Assembly (NCBI GenBank): GCA_964035545.1
Contig: OZ037767.1
Coordinates: forward strand, 21,716,628-21,780,627
Direction of reading: 5' to 3'
Source of the DNA: Bugula neritina
Lineage: Eukaryota; Animalia; Bryozoa
DNA: 64,000 nucleotides
Program-made: the position numbers and the translations under genes
Shown here: positions 52,255-64,000 of the stretch, piece after piece
Numbering within the stretch: position 1 is the first letter of the stretch
Layout of the letters: every line of letters begins with the position of its first letter
The notes under the pieces: model-generated
Told to the model about the DNA's origin: nothing
Databases searched by the model: none
The model's input: only the letters and a program-made list of their open reading frames with translations

Positions 52255-53019
52255 ACACCGGCTTTCCATGGACCGATCTCAAATCGATCTCAGCGAGATC
52301 GATCTATGGAAAGACGCCAAAGATCGATCTCCGTCGATCTGAGCTGGTCGGTCTGTGGAGCTCGAACTCAAATCGATCTCATGTCAATAAGACCATGGAA
52401 AGACGCCAGATCGATCTGAGAAGTAGAATAAGTCTGCGCACTACAATGTTGTCTGCTATTAAAAATGATAACTTATTGATAATTACTAAGCAAAGTATTA
52501 AATAATTATGATAACCACCTTTTCAGATGCCAAAACTTTAACTTTCAGTACAATGATTAAGAAAACTCAATTATATGCAGTAGAAGGTAAAAAAAATGGG
52601 AGAATTTAAATTGAATTTAAATGACTATTAAAACTTAGTTTCATTAGCTATTTTCTTTGCAATTTTAAGCCTAACAGTCCTGTAAGTTTATTAATAATTT
52701 AATTTTATATAAGCTGTCAAGCTAAAAAATTAATATTAATTATTTTAAATTGGCCAAATTATCATACACTGAAAGCTTTGCTGCGTATAGTTTATAGCTG
52801 GGATTAAATTTTAGACTACGACCATCTTGTTTTCAACAGTAGTAGCTTTAATCACTCAAATAGGTGAACAAATTATACTTTTAAAGTATCCTTCACTTAA
52901 GAGGAGGCAACTCCGAGAGATCGATCTGACACTCTCATGGAAAAACGATCGATCTGAGCACATTTCTCAGATCGATCTCAGCGAGATCGATCTGAGATCG
53001 GTACATGGAAAGCCCGTGT
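52255..53019. mobile_element. MITE with ~50 bp TIRs and repeated AGATCGATCT palindromes, probably PIF/Harbinger-like
   Basis: Left end ACACCGGCTTTCCATGGACCGATCTCAAATCGATCTC matches the reverse complement of the right end GAGATCGATCTGAGATCGGTACATGGAAAGCCCGTGT. The TSD is imperfect (ATA/TTA). Confidence 0.85.
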
Positions 53020-54029
53020 TAGTAGTACTACACAGACCATTAAAATTTAATTAATGCTGGTGTTCAATATCATACTGTAAGCTTAAGTATTACTCAAAAT
53101 CAATTTCAATGGGTCTGAGGACAGTAAAAGTCACTCAACTTATGAGATAGACTGATAAAATAGTAAATTGAACACATTAACTGTTAACAAATATTAATAA
53201 TTGTTCAAGTGACATATTCACATTCTTAAGCAATTAATGGATCACTAGCAATGATCGTTAACTAATCTGATAAATTATTATCATTATGTTTTACAATTTG
53301 TTATTGTCATTTCATTTTGATTTTTAAACAACCATGATTACCACCATGCCCATGGGGCTGTGTACGTTGGTTTATTTTTGTCTGCCAGATTGAAATTACA
53401 TTTACTATAAGTAAAACTCATACCTTTTTCTTAAACTCAATTCCCTAGTTTTATAAAAAAATTGAAAACTTTTTTCAATTTCTAGGCAATTATTATCTTC
53501 CTTATATATATATAACTTACTGATATTCATAAAATGAGATTTAAACCTGAGCCAACTGTGATTTTCGTACTTGATATTGAGTAATTATAATAACTATAGT
53601 GGTATTAATGCTAACATTGATGACGGTATTAGTACCCATGCTAATACTGATGGTATTATTTGTTTTAATAGTAATAATATAAGTGTAGTGAGTGGAATGG
53701 CACTAAGAGTGCTTAGCATAGCTCTTAATTTATTTTTATTTGAGGATAATTACTAACACATTTGTTAACTGACTCCAATTATAAAATTTTGTTACGTAAT
53801 GCCTAAAACAAATTAGCCAAAAACTGCCTGGTACCCAATCTGATCATTTTTTCTGTTAAATTTCGGTATAAAAATATAAAATGCTGAACTTCCAAAATTT
53901 GAAAATTGTAGTTTTTAGTTGTAAATTAAACAAGAGTTCTTAGGAAATCATTTGCCAACATAACATTTTTTTATAAAGTTATACTTCAGATGTACTTGAA
54001 TAACTCACATTATGCTTTGTAGGCACATA

Positions 54030-56698
54030 ATGGCAGCAGCACCTCAAAAACCCACCAACTTTCCTGAAATGATCAATCAAATTCAAACTAAAATTGACGT
54101 AAGTTGTTTATGACTATATTTTAATCTCAAACTATATAAGTGATGTAATGAAATAAAATTTATTATAATGCCAAAGCATGAATAGTTTTACCCCAATTCA
54201 CCCTGTTGTTTTGAGTAATAAGAGTTCAATTGCATTTTCTGCTACGTTTATTCCCTTTTCTTTATTTAGTCCATGGGTCCTGGACCTCACACAGAAGCCC
54301 AGAAAGAGGAAATTAAGAATCTCCAATTCCTATTATCAAAAGCCAAACAAGAAAATTCCAAGGTAGCCACCTTTTTTCAAACCTGCTTACCTCTTTCATC
54401 TAACTCATTTCAGTCCACCTGCTACTATTCTACTATCTAGTCTATTCTTACTTGACAAAAACTCAAACTCTTTCCTAAATAAAACAGCAAAAATCCTTAA
54501 ATAAAAAGGAGAAAGTTGTCATCGTTGGGTACTGTTAGGCTTTGTGTATCTCATCTAGTGCTATTTGAATAATTTTTTTTAGGATTGACACACATGCATA
54601 ACCACACAACAAGTAATCAAGTGTATAGCTGTAAGAGCTTTGTTTCAGACTAATACTTGGCAGAGATTTGAGTGAGAGATCCGTTTAACTGTTATTTTTA
54701 TTTAATGAAAATAATATATGTTCACTATTGTCTGCCATACTCAGAGTAAATAAGGCGACTGGAATCATTTTAAGTATGTCATAATTTGTGCTAAAATACT
54801 GGCAGTAAGTAAAGTTAGCAACCAGAAATGGTTAAAATACAATTTTTTGTGTATGTTACCATTTTGAGTTGTTGAAAATGGCTGTAAAGAACTTACCCTT
54901 TAGATTTTTCATAGAAGATAAGATTTCTTACTCGAGTTTACAAGAATACAAAGCGAACTGAATTACTATATTTTTGTTTGTTATCTAAACTGCATTTATA
55001 TTCAACGCCCTTTAATCTACTTATAGTTTCAGTTACGGCAAAGAAATGAAAAAGTTCTAATGTTGAACATCCATCATAAAACATCTTCACCGATTGTTGA
55101 AAGAGTAAAATTCTTTACTACTGATATAATAACTTCACTGACTATTTTTATTTGATGTATAATTTGCTCTTTTTCAACTATGAACTAAGTTTTCAGAAAG
55201 TTTGTGTGAATTCTATTTCAAGCTTCACATTGTTTGTCGAATGACAACCGGCTTTTTTTCGTGGCTGTTGATTCTTTTATATTTATATGAAAGTGCATAT
55301 GTCACTGCACTGGTATTTCAGTTTGTATTAATTTAAATATTACATAAGTTACTGGTCCCTATATTTATAGCATATGATTTATGTCCATGTTTTCTTAGTT
55401 TGTAGTATTATTTGTACACTTATTTGGGAATTTACCTACGGCAGAGTGGCTCAGTATATATATTCTTTATTGTTGGTTTAGCTTGTTGCTAAATTTTGCT
55501 TTGCCAAGTTATAATGTGACCAGGTAGTGCCGGTTATCTTTGTTGCGGACTGCAATGCTCTCATTGATCCTTTACAGACTCCACATGTTCAAGGTGCACA
55601 GCCTCAGTTCCAGATGGTGACTCAGCCTGTAGGGAATGGAATAAAGACGGAGGCTTCCATGTTGGGAGCTTCGGGCGGTGCCAGTAACATTCCTTCAACA
55701 CATAAGATATTGGATAGAAAAAGGCTACAGGACTTGGTGAAAGAGATTGACCCAAACACACAGTTAGAAGATGATGTTGAAGAGGTAGTACATGCATACT
55801 CATGGTCTCCTATGCTGAGATTGAGGCACTTGAGTTATGAGTTATGTCTAAGGTTTCTGTGTACCATATTATACAATCTGGTGGTATTTATTTCAGGTTC
55901 TCATGCAAATAGCAGATGATTTCATTGAAAATGTTGTGAACTCGTCATGTGACATCGCCAAGCACCGATGTTCTGACACTCTGGAGGTCAAGGACGTTCA
56001 GCTCCACCTTGAGAGAACCTGGAACATGTGGATACCAGGGTTTGGGTCTGAAGATATACGTCCATATAAAAAGGCACCAGCCACTGAAGCTCATAAGCAG
56101 GTAGGTTGATAGTATGAGTCATCACTATGACTCATCATTGATTTGGACGTACAGACATACTCTATTGGGTTGCTCTAAGCTTATTACACTTCATAGAGTA
56201 GCTGGCAGTTCTGAGTAGCTGTTAAGTGAAGTTACAGATCCATGTTACTAACTGTAAGAGTTTTATTATAGTTACTGTTTGAGATTTGCTTACTAAGTCG
56301 CTCAATTAACTATGATTTATGCAAAGAGTTGCTATCTACTTGGAGTTGTCCCACCATGATTAAATATTGCCCAATTGAAATCTGCAATTTTTCATAGTGC
56401 AATGGACAGTTGCTGCTATTCTCTGGTGCATATTTATAAAGAATTTCACTATTAGCTTTGTGATTTGATCTACTTTTTACCTAAAGCTCAACTTTTTTTG
56501 CAAAGCTGATTTCTAATGCTTCCTAGCTTGTGTCAAGTTGATGTCATACTTTGGCTCTGGTTCCTAGCTTCAGCATAGCCTTGGTGTCAACAGCATACTA
56601 GCATACATACAATCTTGGTGTGTCATCAAATATTATTCAGACATTTCTTTTGTTTGTAGCGTGTGGCATTGATGAAAAAGATGTTGAGAAAAGCCTGA
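54030..56698 (+). CDS. TAF12: Transcription initiation factor TFIID subunit 12, 5 coding exons
   Basis: Exons ~54030-54098, 54270-54362, 55579-55785, 55897-56100 and 56660-56698 join in frame. Histone fold ILDRKRLQDLVKEIDP..QLEDDVEEVLMQIADDFIENVV..SC.IAKHR.S.TLEVKDVQLHLER.WNMWIPGFG and tail TEAHKQRVALMKK. AATAAA at 56881. Confidence 0.96.
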
Positions 56699-57589
56699 CA
56701 AGGATGTCTCAATGTAGAATGGGAGGCAAAACAAATTTTGCTGTTTTACACGCTGACCAATCACAGAAAGGGTTTTAACTTAGTGACCAATCACAAACAG
56801 TAACTTGTTGAGATAACTGGTTGGTGTGTCTTATTGTATAGTGTACATATGATAGTTATTCTTATTTATTGTAAATAGCCAATAAAAGAGTTCTCTAGGC
56901 TTCCAGATTAAATTTGAATTAGCTGCCATTTTCTGGTAGCTGCAAATAATACAAATACAACATGTTTTCAGTTGGAACAATATACTGACTTTCTTTCTAT
57001 CCATCTATCTGTTGTGAATTTATTTGTGGTGCTGATTTATCAGTATTTATCAAAGGCATACAGATTTTATAATGAAGGTATGGGGTTAGTAAATATGTGT
57101 GCCGTAAAACATGTCATTTTATGAATGTAAACTTTATGATTAACAAAAGTACACAAATGTGACAGTGTGATTGAAATGGTAAAATGTACAAGTTTTACAT
57201 TCAACTCATGGCCTACAAATGGGTGCATGAAGTTTTATTGGATAAATTCCTGCAGCCCAAGTTCTTTAATTGTCTGTGAATTTTCATTTAGGATATGAAA
57301 TTATGTTTTTCATATAAAACACGGATTTCCCCCCAAATACCTCAGTTACTGCACCTACCTCTTAATTTCATAGTTATTGAAATTAAGAAGTATGTGCAAA
57401 GATGAAGATTAGCAATATTAGGAACTAATGCTATCCTTCATCTTAATCTCACAGTCTATTTTTAGCATGAGTTTGTGTAGAAAACCCTCTTTTATGTAAG
57501 AACTGTGTCTTTTAGTTTATCCAATGTTGGATAGAAAGTAATGTGAATTGTTTTTATAATAACACACTGATTTCAGTTAGTGTTTGACT

Positions 57590-57602
57590 TATACACACAT
57601 AT

Positions 57603-57684
<82 letters not shown>
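57590..57684. repeat. (CA)/(TA)n microsatellite
   Basis: Seen directly. Confidence 0.95.
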
Positions 57685-57686
<2 letters not shown>

Positions 57687-59154
57687 CTGATGTGTACAGT
57701 CTGATAGGTTGTGAAGCAGTGGGTGAACAGGTTGTAGAGCGGTAGGGGTGACAACTACTTGGGTTTAGTTGAATTAAGTTTTATTCCAGCACAACCGTTT
57801 TACCTCTGGGGGTTTTCTATGTATATATATCTTCTGGTTAAAATGGCATTCAAGACTCCAAACGCTTTCAATGATCTGTATAAAAGAATTGAAATATTAC
57901 GTTCTATTAAGGTTTCTGTTCAACCTTCCACTGAGACATCAGAAGTGAAATGGTTGAGTTGGAAACAACCCAATAAATAATGTATAAAGCATAGTATTAT
58001 AAAGCATCTAGATATTGTTTGAAGTTCAATTTAGCAACTTTAACCTAGTATCTGGACAGTTTCACAGACACTGAAAATTCATTTTCAAAATTAAGCTCAG
58101 TATTCTTATTTTACAAGGTTTCTATGCCAGGGGTGTCTGCATGACAAAATGTTGAAACAGTTTCCCTCATGTTTAGTAAGGCTGTGCTGCCTGACATACA
58201 TGTTTTATACCTATACACTGGTTTCTTCAATACACATGTTTCCAGTCTATCAGTTTCTATCATTCATCGATTTAGTTCTAGTATGTCATATGCATCATTG
58301 TAAGACTGCGTTTTAGATGGCACATCTGTTCCGTAATAGTCTTTATCTGAAAAAGAGACTTTGGCTTTTAGTGGCTGGTGTAAGGTCAAAGTTCATGTAG
58401 TGTAATCGCCCAATAGATGTATTGAGACAGGGTATTGGGAGGTCAAGCTTGTTATCTGCTCGTCATTTTTTCAATCAGCTGAGGAATTTTATTGAGCATA
58501 TAAAACTAGTACGTACATATCAGGACTATTACTGTATCTACTTGAACATCAACTTACACATGCCTAATAAGTAGCACTTTACTTCTATTATCACAGTGAG
58601 TGAGGCTAGTGGGTGTGTTTGATTGTTCTCGTTGAAGATAACCCATGCTGATATTCTACAATCAGCTGTATTAAGATTAGCCTATGCTAAATAACTCCTT
58701 TTAACACACTTTTACCAGCAAACCAGCTTCTTTTGGATCTCAAAGCTATCCAGCTCTATACACTGCTATGTTTAATCTGTAGTACATTGGTGAGTATTCC
58801 AAGATTAAGATCCCAGTACCACTCAAGGTGCTTTGATTTTATACTCTAATTACTAGAGTAGCACTTGGTAAGTCATTAGCAACTATTTCTCAAGTTTTAG
58901 TGACTATCAATCAGTACCTAAGATTTGATCAGTCAGTTAAGTTACTTGAGCTCCTTGTTGGAATAAATATAAAAATATTCTAAAAATTGGCCCAACAAAA
59001 TTTTCATAGTCAACCCGAGGGCCTAATCAGTTATGATAAGTACTAGTAGTCCTATTAATAGTTTATCAAAATTTTCACAACTAAAACCATAGCCATCTTT
59101 ACCAGACATTAGCTTGGATATTACTGTACCTCTCTGTGGTGCAAAACATTCCCC

Positions 59155-59803
59155 ATGACTTCAGTTCCAGAAGAGTTGCTCAGAAGTTACAGTCTGCCAG
59201 AGCCAGTGTAAGTATATGGTACATACTTTTCTATATATTGTAACAGTTCTTTCCAATGCACAAAATCCTTCATTCCAACGGAATAGAGATTATCACATTC
59301 AATTTGCATCCATCTGTATTATGAACCTCATCACAAAAACCCTCTTAGAAAATCTGGAGATGATCATTTATATAGTAATAAGTTATACATACTGCTGCTT
59401 CTTATATTGTATGTACACATATCAAATAAATATACTCCGGAGGCCCAGTAAGTGTAAGTTTGTCTATACGTCTTATCATTGCATATGCAACTAGGAAGAG
59501 GTGTGACAACCCCTGACTATGTGTTTGTAGAGAGAAATACAGATGGAGTGACAGTAGGGAGTCCTTTTATAGAGTTGGAGGAATCACATGCAGGTCATTG
59601 CGTAATAAGTTGCTTATAATTGAGCAGGAGCTTAAACTAAAAGGTTACTTCTTGCTTACATGTTATTACCTACATATTACATTATTATCAATATATTATA
59701 TTAGTACCCACGTGCTGTATTATTACATATATACTACATTATTACTTGAATACTATATTATCCCAAAAGAACTTGTATAAGTTGTCAAATACTAATTTTT
59801 AAT

Positions 59804-59862
<59 letters not shown>

Positions 59863-62800
59863 TGATGTTTTATATGTTTCTCTTTTTCTGTCACCACTAA
59901 GTAGATATAACTTTGTCATCTACGAGTTAGTTTTGTGACGACTGAAATTTTCTGTCTTTAGGTGAGCGGAAGAAGAGACTGGAAGCTGTGAGAACTCAGC
60001 TAGAGACAGAAATAGATGACCTGACCGCCAATCTATTTGAGGTGCTTTAGCCCACACAACCTCTGTTGAATTGTTATCAACTTAAAATATTTTGACTTAT
60101 ACTTACATATACTTCACAGTGTTGAAAGCTCCTTTTGCTGGAAAACCCCTGTAATGCTTGGCAATTCTGAACTGGATTGTTCATAATATTTAAATAAGGG
60201 ATAGCATTGCTAATACACTGGCACACTGACACTAACACACTAACACTGACACACTAACACACTGGCACACTGACACTAATACACTAATACTGACACACTA
60301 ACACACTGGCACACTGACACTAACACACTAACACTGACACACTGGCACACTAACATACTGACACACTAACACACTAACACACTGACACACTGACACACAC
60401 TGACATTGGCATACTATACTATGACACTGACACACTGACACTGACACACTAACACACTGACACTAACACACTGACACATGTAGCTTGAATCTCACTAAAT
60501 CTCAAGGAAATCATTTGACAGGGTTGCCTTTTCTGAGAATTCCATCTATATAATTAGTCTGATAAACTATTCTGCTTGTAATTTTGTTTGGGGGGTTTAG
60601 CTCTCCAGTTTCCAATTAGCCTTGAACAATAGTTATAGACAGTTTGGTTGATGGTTCTGTTTTATTTGTGACGGTGATGTAGAATGCTAACAAGATGGTG
60701 GTGGAAGCAAATGTGAAGAGAATGGCCTCGGAGACTAACCTGGAACAGGCTCAGACTAAGGTATAAACATGTCATGTGATCAAACCAAAGTATAAACATG
60801 TCACGTGATCAAACCAAGGTATAAACATGTCATGTGATCAAACCAAGGTATAAACATGTCATGTGATCAAACCAAGGTATAAACATGTCATGTGACTAAA
60901 CCAAAGTATAGACTGGGATTGGTAATAACACCTGCGTAGGCCATGTTGTAGACTTCATTTAAAGGATGCTAATTTTCTTTGGTAGTATATCCTATATATT
61001 GTTTCACCGTTCTCAATATAGCTGTGATATGATTATATGCAGCCTAGTGCTTTGCATAGACATAGACATAGACATATTATTGATGGGAAATCTTATTTTA
61101 TTGTTCATAAGATGCATTATTAAAAGTTTAAAATGTTCTTTTAAAATGTGATGTCTAGGTAGCCCAGCTGCAAGCTGATATTGTGGCCATGAAGACTTTG
61201 TTAGCCAATAACGTGTCCTCCACCGTAAGCAGTAAGTAAAACTCTACTATTCTACTGTATATGTCAATACTATTCTACTTAATGTTGTCTTGCTGATTTA
61301 TTTTGGATCATGTTACCCCAGGCTCTATTCCAACTCAAATGTCGGGTGAAGGCAAATCACAAACCTCTGGTCAGCCAGCGCCTGTGAAGAAAAAGTTCAG
61401 TTTAACTAAGAATACTTTTCGACGTAAAAGTCAGCAGAAGGCGTCGGCGAGTTCTCTAGGAAGTCTCAACTGTGACGGAGAAAAATCTGCCGTGGCCAAC
61501 AGTGCTGGAAGTACAGTGGATAGTAGAGAGTGGAAATACTCTGATGTGCTGGTAAGTGTCGGTGATGTGTGGGGTCAAGGTCAACAGGGTGTATGTTCCT
61601 ACTGTGACTTATATGTTTGTTTACATTGAGGCATTTTCTTGACAAACACAGTTGTTTTTAGAGAATTAGTGATATTTCCTCATAGAGAAACATGTGAATA
61701 AACAAACATTGTACAGGGCTGAGATATTCTGATTGATTGAACAGTTTAGGAAGATATTTGCCAGGCTCACTGTATGTTGCTCTTATTGAGTGCATCAATC
61801 TTCGCTGGCAAAACCATTAAGTGTTAAAAACATTGCAGTGTGTTTTTTTAATCTGGTCTGGCCATAGTTCTCTAAAATGTAATCCAACACTGTATTGTAG
61901 TACTAAGTTATAGTATATAATACAATGATGTAGTGTATACTATACTGTTATCAGGTAGTATGATAGTATAGTGGCATAGCATTATGTCAGCTGGAAGGAA
62001 CAGTTGTACTTATCTCAGTTTCTCTGCGATTTGCAAAACCTTGAGTTCATCTTTTGGCACAACAGTGCTCTTCGATTTCATCTTTTAGCTCTTGGCCTAC
62101 CAAGATATACATTTTATAAAAAATTCCCAACATTATTAAGCTTACAAGTGATTTACAATCAGAATGAAGGATAAATAGAGACAAACTTGTATTGGGGAAA
62201 TTCTAAAGAAGGTTGTAAAGATATGCAAGTACTGGTTTGCTGCATAAGGATCTTTGTAATGTAAAACTATGCAATGTTATGGCAGTCACCTTGATGGTTA
62301 TAGGAGGATTCTGTGGGCCTGGAAGAGTTTAAACTCTGGAAGAAGTCTCCAGAAATCTCTGAAGAATCTCCATTTATTAGAAGACTGGTGGCAGAAGATG
62401 TGAGACCCTGTCTCAACTTCTCTAGTAAAGAGGTGCATTAGTTATATGATTGTAATTCATGTAAACAAGGACTCGCTAGTTGTATGATCGGCAATGGTAA
62501 ATTCAATTTAGTCTTTTCAGGGAACCTATAGAATTTCTGTTTGATTTATAAGTAAAATGGATTCACTAAAATATGGTTCGTTCATTAAAAGCTTCATGGA
62601 GTTACCATACCCCCCTCATGAACCTGTTTATAGGTACATGCTGCAAGAGACTCAAGTGCGGACAACTTCATGTGCATAAGTTCATGTGGCTGTAGATTGG
62701 ATACACTCTAGAACCAATACATTGTCATGACATTCCTCGGCATGTGTGGTTTCAATTAGTAGTTTCTAGTCTGCCTGATAGATTTGTCATTGATTAGTGT

Positions 62801-63062
62801 GTCTCTCAGATCTTGGTCATTAATACTGAACTAGTAGGGAAACCCATAGTCCCATACTAGGTTTATCAGTAGCTAAAGGAAACTGCGATTGTGATCTCTT
62901 TGTCAGTTGAAGAGATTTATTTTGTGTTTTTGTTAAATATAGTTACAACAGAAAAGTGTGGTGATAATATTGACCTGATGAGTTTAGACTTTGCTGATGG
63001 TAGTATTAGCAGCAGCAGCAACAGTAGCAGCAGTAGATGATAGTAGTAGCAGTAGTAGTACC

Positions 63063-63144
<82 letters not shown>

Positions 63145-63486
63145 CTAGTAGTACTAGTAGTAGTAGTAGTAGTAGTACTAGTAGTAGTAGTAGTGGTAGT
63201 GGTGGTGGTACTGGTGGTGGTACTGGTGGTGGTACTGGTGGTGGTACTGGTGGTACTGGTGGTAGTGGTGGTAGTGGTGGTAGTAGTAGTAGTAGCAGCA
63301 GTAGTAGCAGTAGTAGCAGTAGTAGCAGCTTTAGAAGTGAGAGCAGTGCCAACAGTAGCTATTATATTATTTGTAATCTATAAATTAATCTTATTTTGTT
63401 TCTTTTCCTCAGACTTCAGAGGCCCTACTAAAAGATATATTGCAGAACGTTCTCTCCATAGAGCCTGTTCAGACTCCTCAGAAACG
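59155..63486 (+). CDS. RAB3IP: Sec2-domain Rab guanine nucleotide exchange factor (Rabin8/RAB3IP-RAB3IL1 family); 3' end lies beyond the window
   Basis: RLEAVRTQLETEIDDLTANLFE (59962-60041), NANKMVVEANVKR (60683-60760), VAQLQADIVAMKTLL (61159-61231), exon 61322-61551, EFKLWKKSP..SPFIRRLVAEDVRPCLNFS (62304-62432), ALLKDILQNVLSIEPV (63413-63486). The first two exons (59155-59207, 59531-59601) join in frame but are less certain. Confidence 0.88.
59806..59859. repeat. (TA)n microsatellite
   Basis: Seen directly. Confidence 0.97.
60211..60478. repeat. (ACACACTR/ACACTG)n 6-8 bp repeat
   Basis: Seen directly in a RAB3IP-like intron. Confidence 0.9.
60758..60910. repeat. 29 bp tandem repeat containing the splice donor
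   Basis: 5 copies of AAGGTATAAACATGTCATGTGATCAAACC starting at the exon end 60760. Confidence 0.92.
62995..63330. repeat. Compound (TAG)n/(TGG)n/(CAG)n trinucleotide microsatellite, intronic
   Basis: Seen directly; explains three low-complexity ORFs. Confidence 0.95.
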
Positions 63487-63554
63487 GTTTGTCAACTTAT
63501 ATTCCTGCATTCAGTTTGTGACAATATACTGCATTCTACCCTGTTATTATTTAA

Positions 63555-63770
63555 GGAGCAGCCGTGGTCTAGGGGTTAGCACGTTTGTCTAGTAAACATG
63601 AAGCCATGGGTTCGAGCCCCAACAAAGGCCATTGGGGATGTTAGGAAGAGCATTCAGTCATAATTGCTCCTGTGCCCCATCTGAATAAGTGCTTTGCTCG
63701 ATTTAAAAAACACCCCTTCCATTAGGGGTTTCTCACATGGATGGTGACTATAAACTTGCATGAGTTACCT
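63555..63770 (+). mobile_element. tRNA-Thr(AGT)-derived SINE or tRNA pseudogene, intronic
   Basis: A-box TGGTCTAGGGG 63565-63575, anticodon arm TGTCTAGTAAACA as in tRNA-Thr(AGT), B-box GGTTCGAGCCC 63609-63619. The acceptor stem does not pair and a non-tRNA body follows. The 3' end is approximate. Confidence 0.7.
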
Positions 63771-64000
63771 TGTCCTTCTGTATGCATAAGTTTTATGATT
63801 CTATTTGTTTAACTATGTGAGAGCCTGAGAGGCAAGTGATGCACTATTTTAAGGGTTTTTTTCACTATAACATGTACGAAAAATATTGACATGAAATATG
63901 TTCTCAACTTTCTGGTAACTTGGGAATTTAGTTTAGTCATAACAAATATCAGTATTGTTTTCTATGTAGTCGCCAAAAACTCAAATTCAGTGGTTTTTAT

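Noticed and set aside
57345-57456. H/ACA snoRNA (hairpin, AGATGA, hairpin, ACA)
   Set aside because: No two-sided pseudouridylation pockets and shorter than typical; kept only as a generic hairpin cluster.
62984-63579. Three ORFs (poly-L, poly-S/G, poly-V)
   Set aside because: They are translations of an intronic trinucleotide microsatellite; the real exon is 63413-63486 in another frame.
63555-63630. Functional tRNA-Thr(AGT) gene
   Set aside because: The acceptor stem does not pair and there is no nearby T-run terminator; treated as a SINE head.

Overview
AT-rich nuclear DNA of an invertebrate animal (GT-AG introns; taxon not determinable from the window). Most entries in the supplied ORF track are spurious or single exons. 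About 1-29 kb is a gene desert around one HES/hairy-E(spl) bHLH-WRPW gene (minus strand, 2 exons), whose 9 kb upstream region carries many Su(H)/CSL sites. About 30-64 kb is gene-dense: GIGYF (+), a small two-exon single-pass membrane protein resembling KCNE/MinK (+), an HSD17B8-type SDR (-) head-to-head with TAF12 (+), and a Sec2-domain Rab GEF (RAB3IP/RAB3IL1-like, +) that runs off the end. Repeats include two PIF/Harbinger-like MITEs, two copies of a TA-flanked MITE family, tRNA-derived SINE heads and many mini/microsatellites. The best leads are the invertebrate KCNE-like protein, triplet-periodic palindromic DNA around housekeeping-gene 5' ends, a spliced reading frame interrupted only by TGA codons, and the Notch-responsive landscape of a structurally reduced HES gene. 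All coordinates and homology calls were made by eye.
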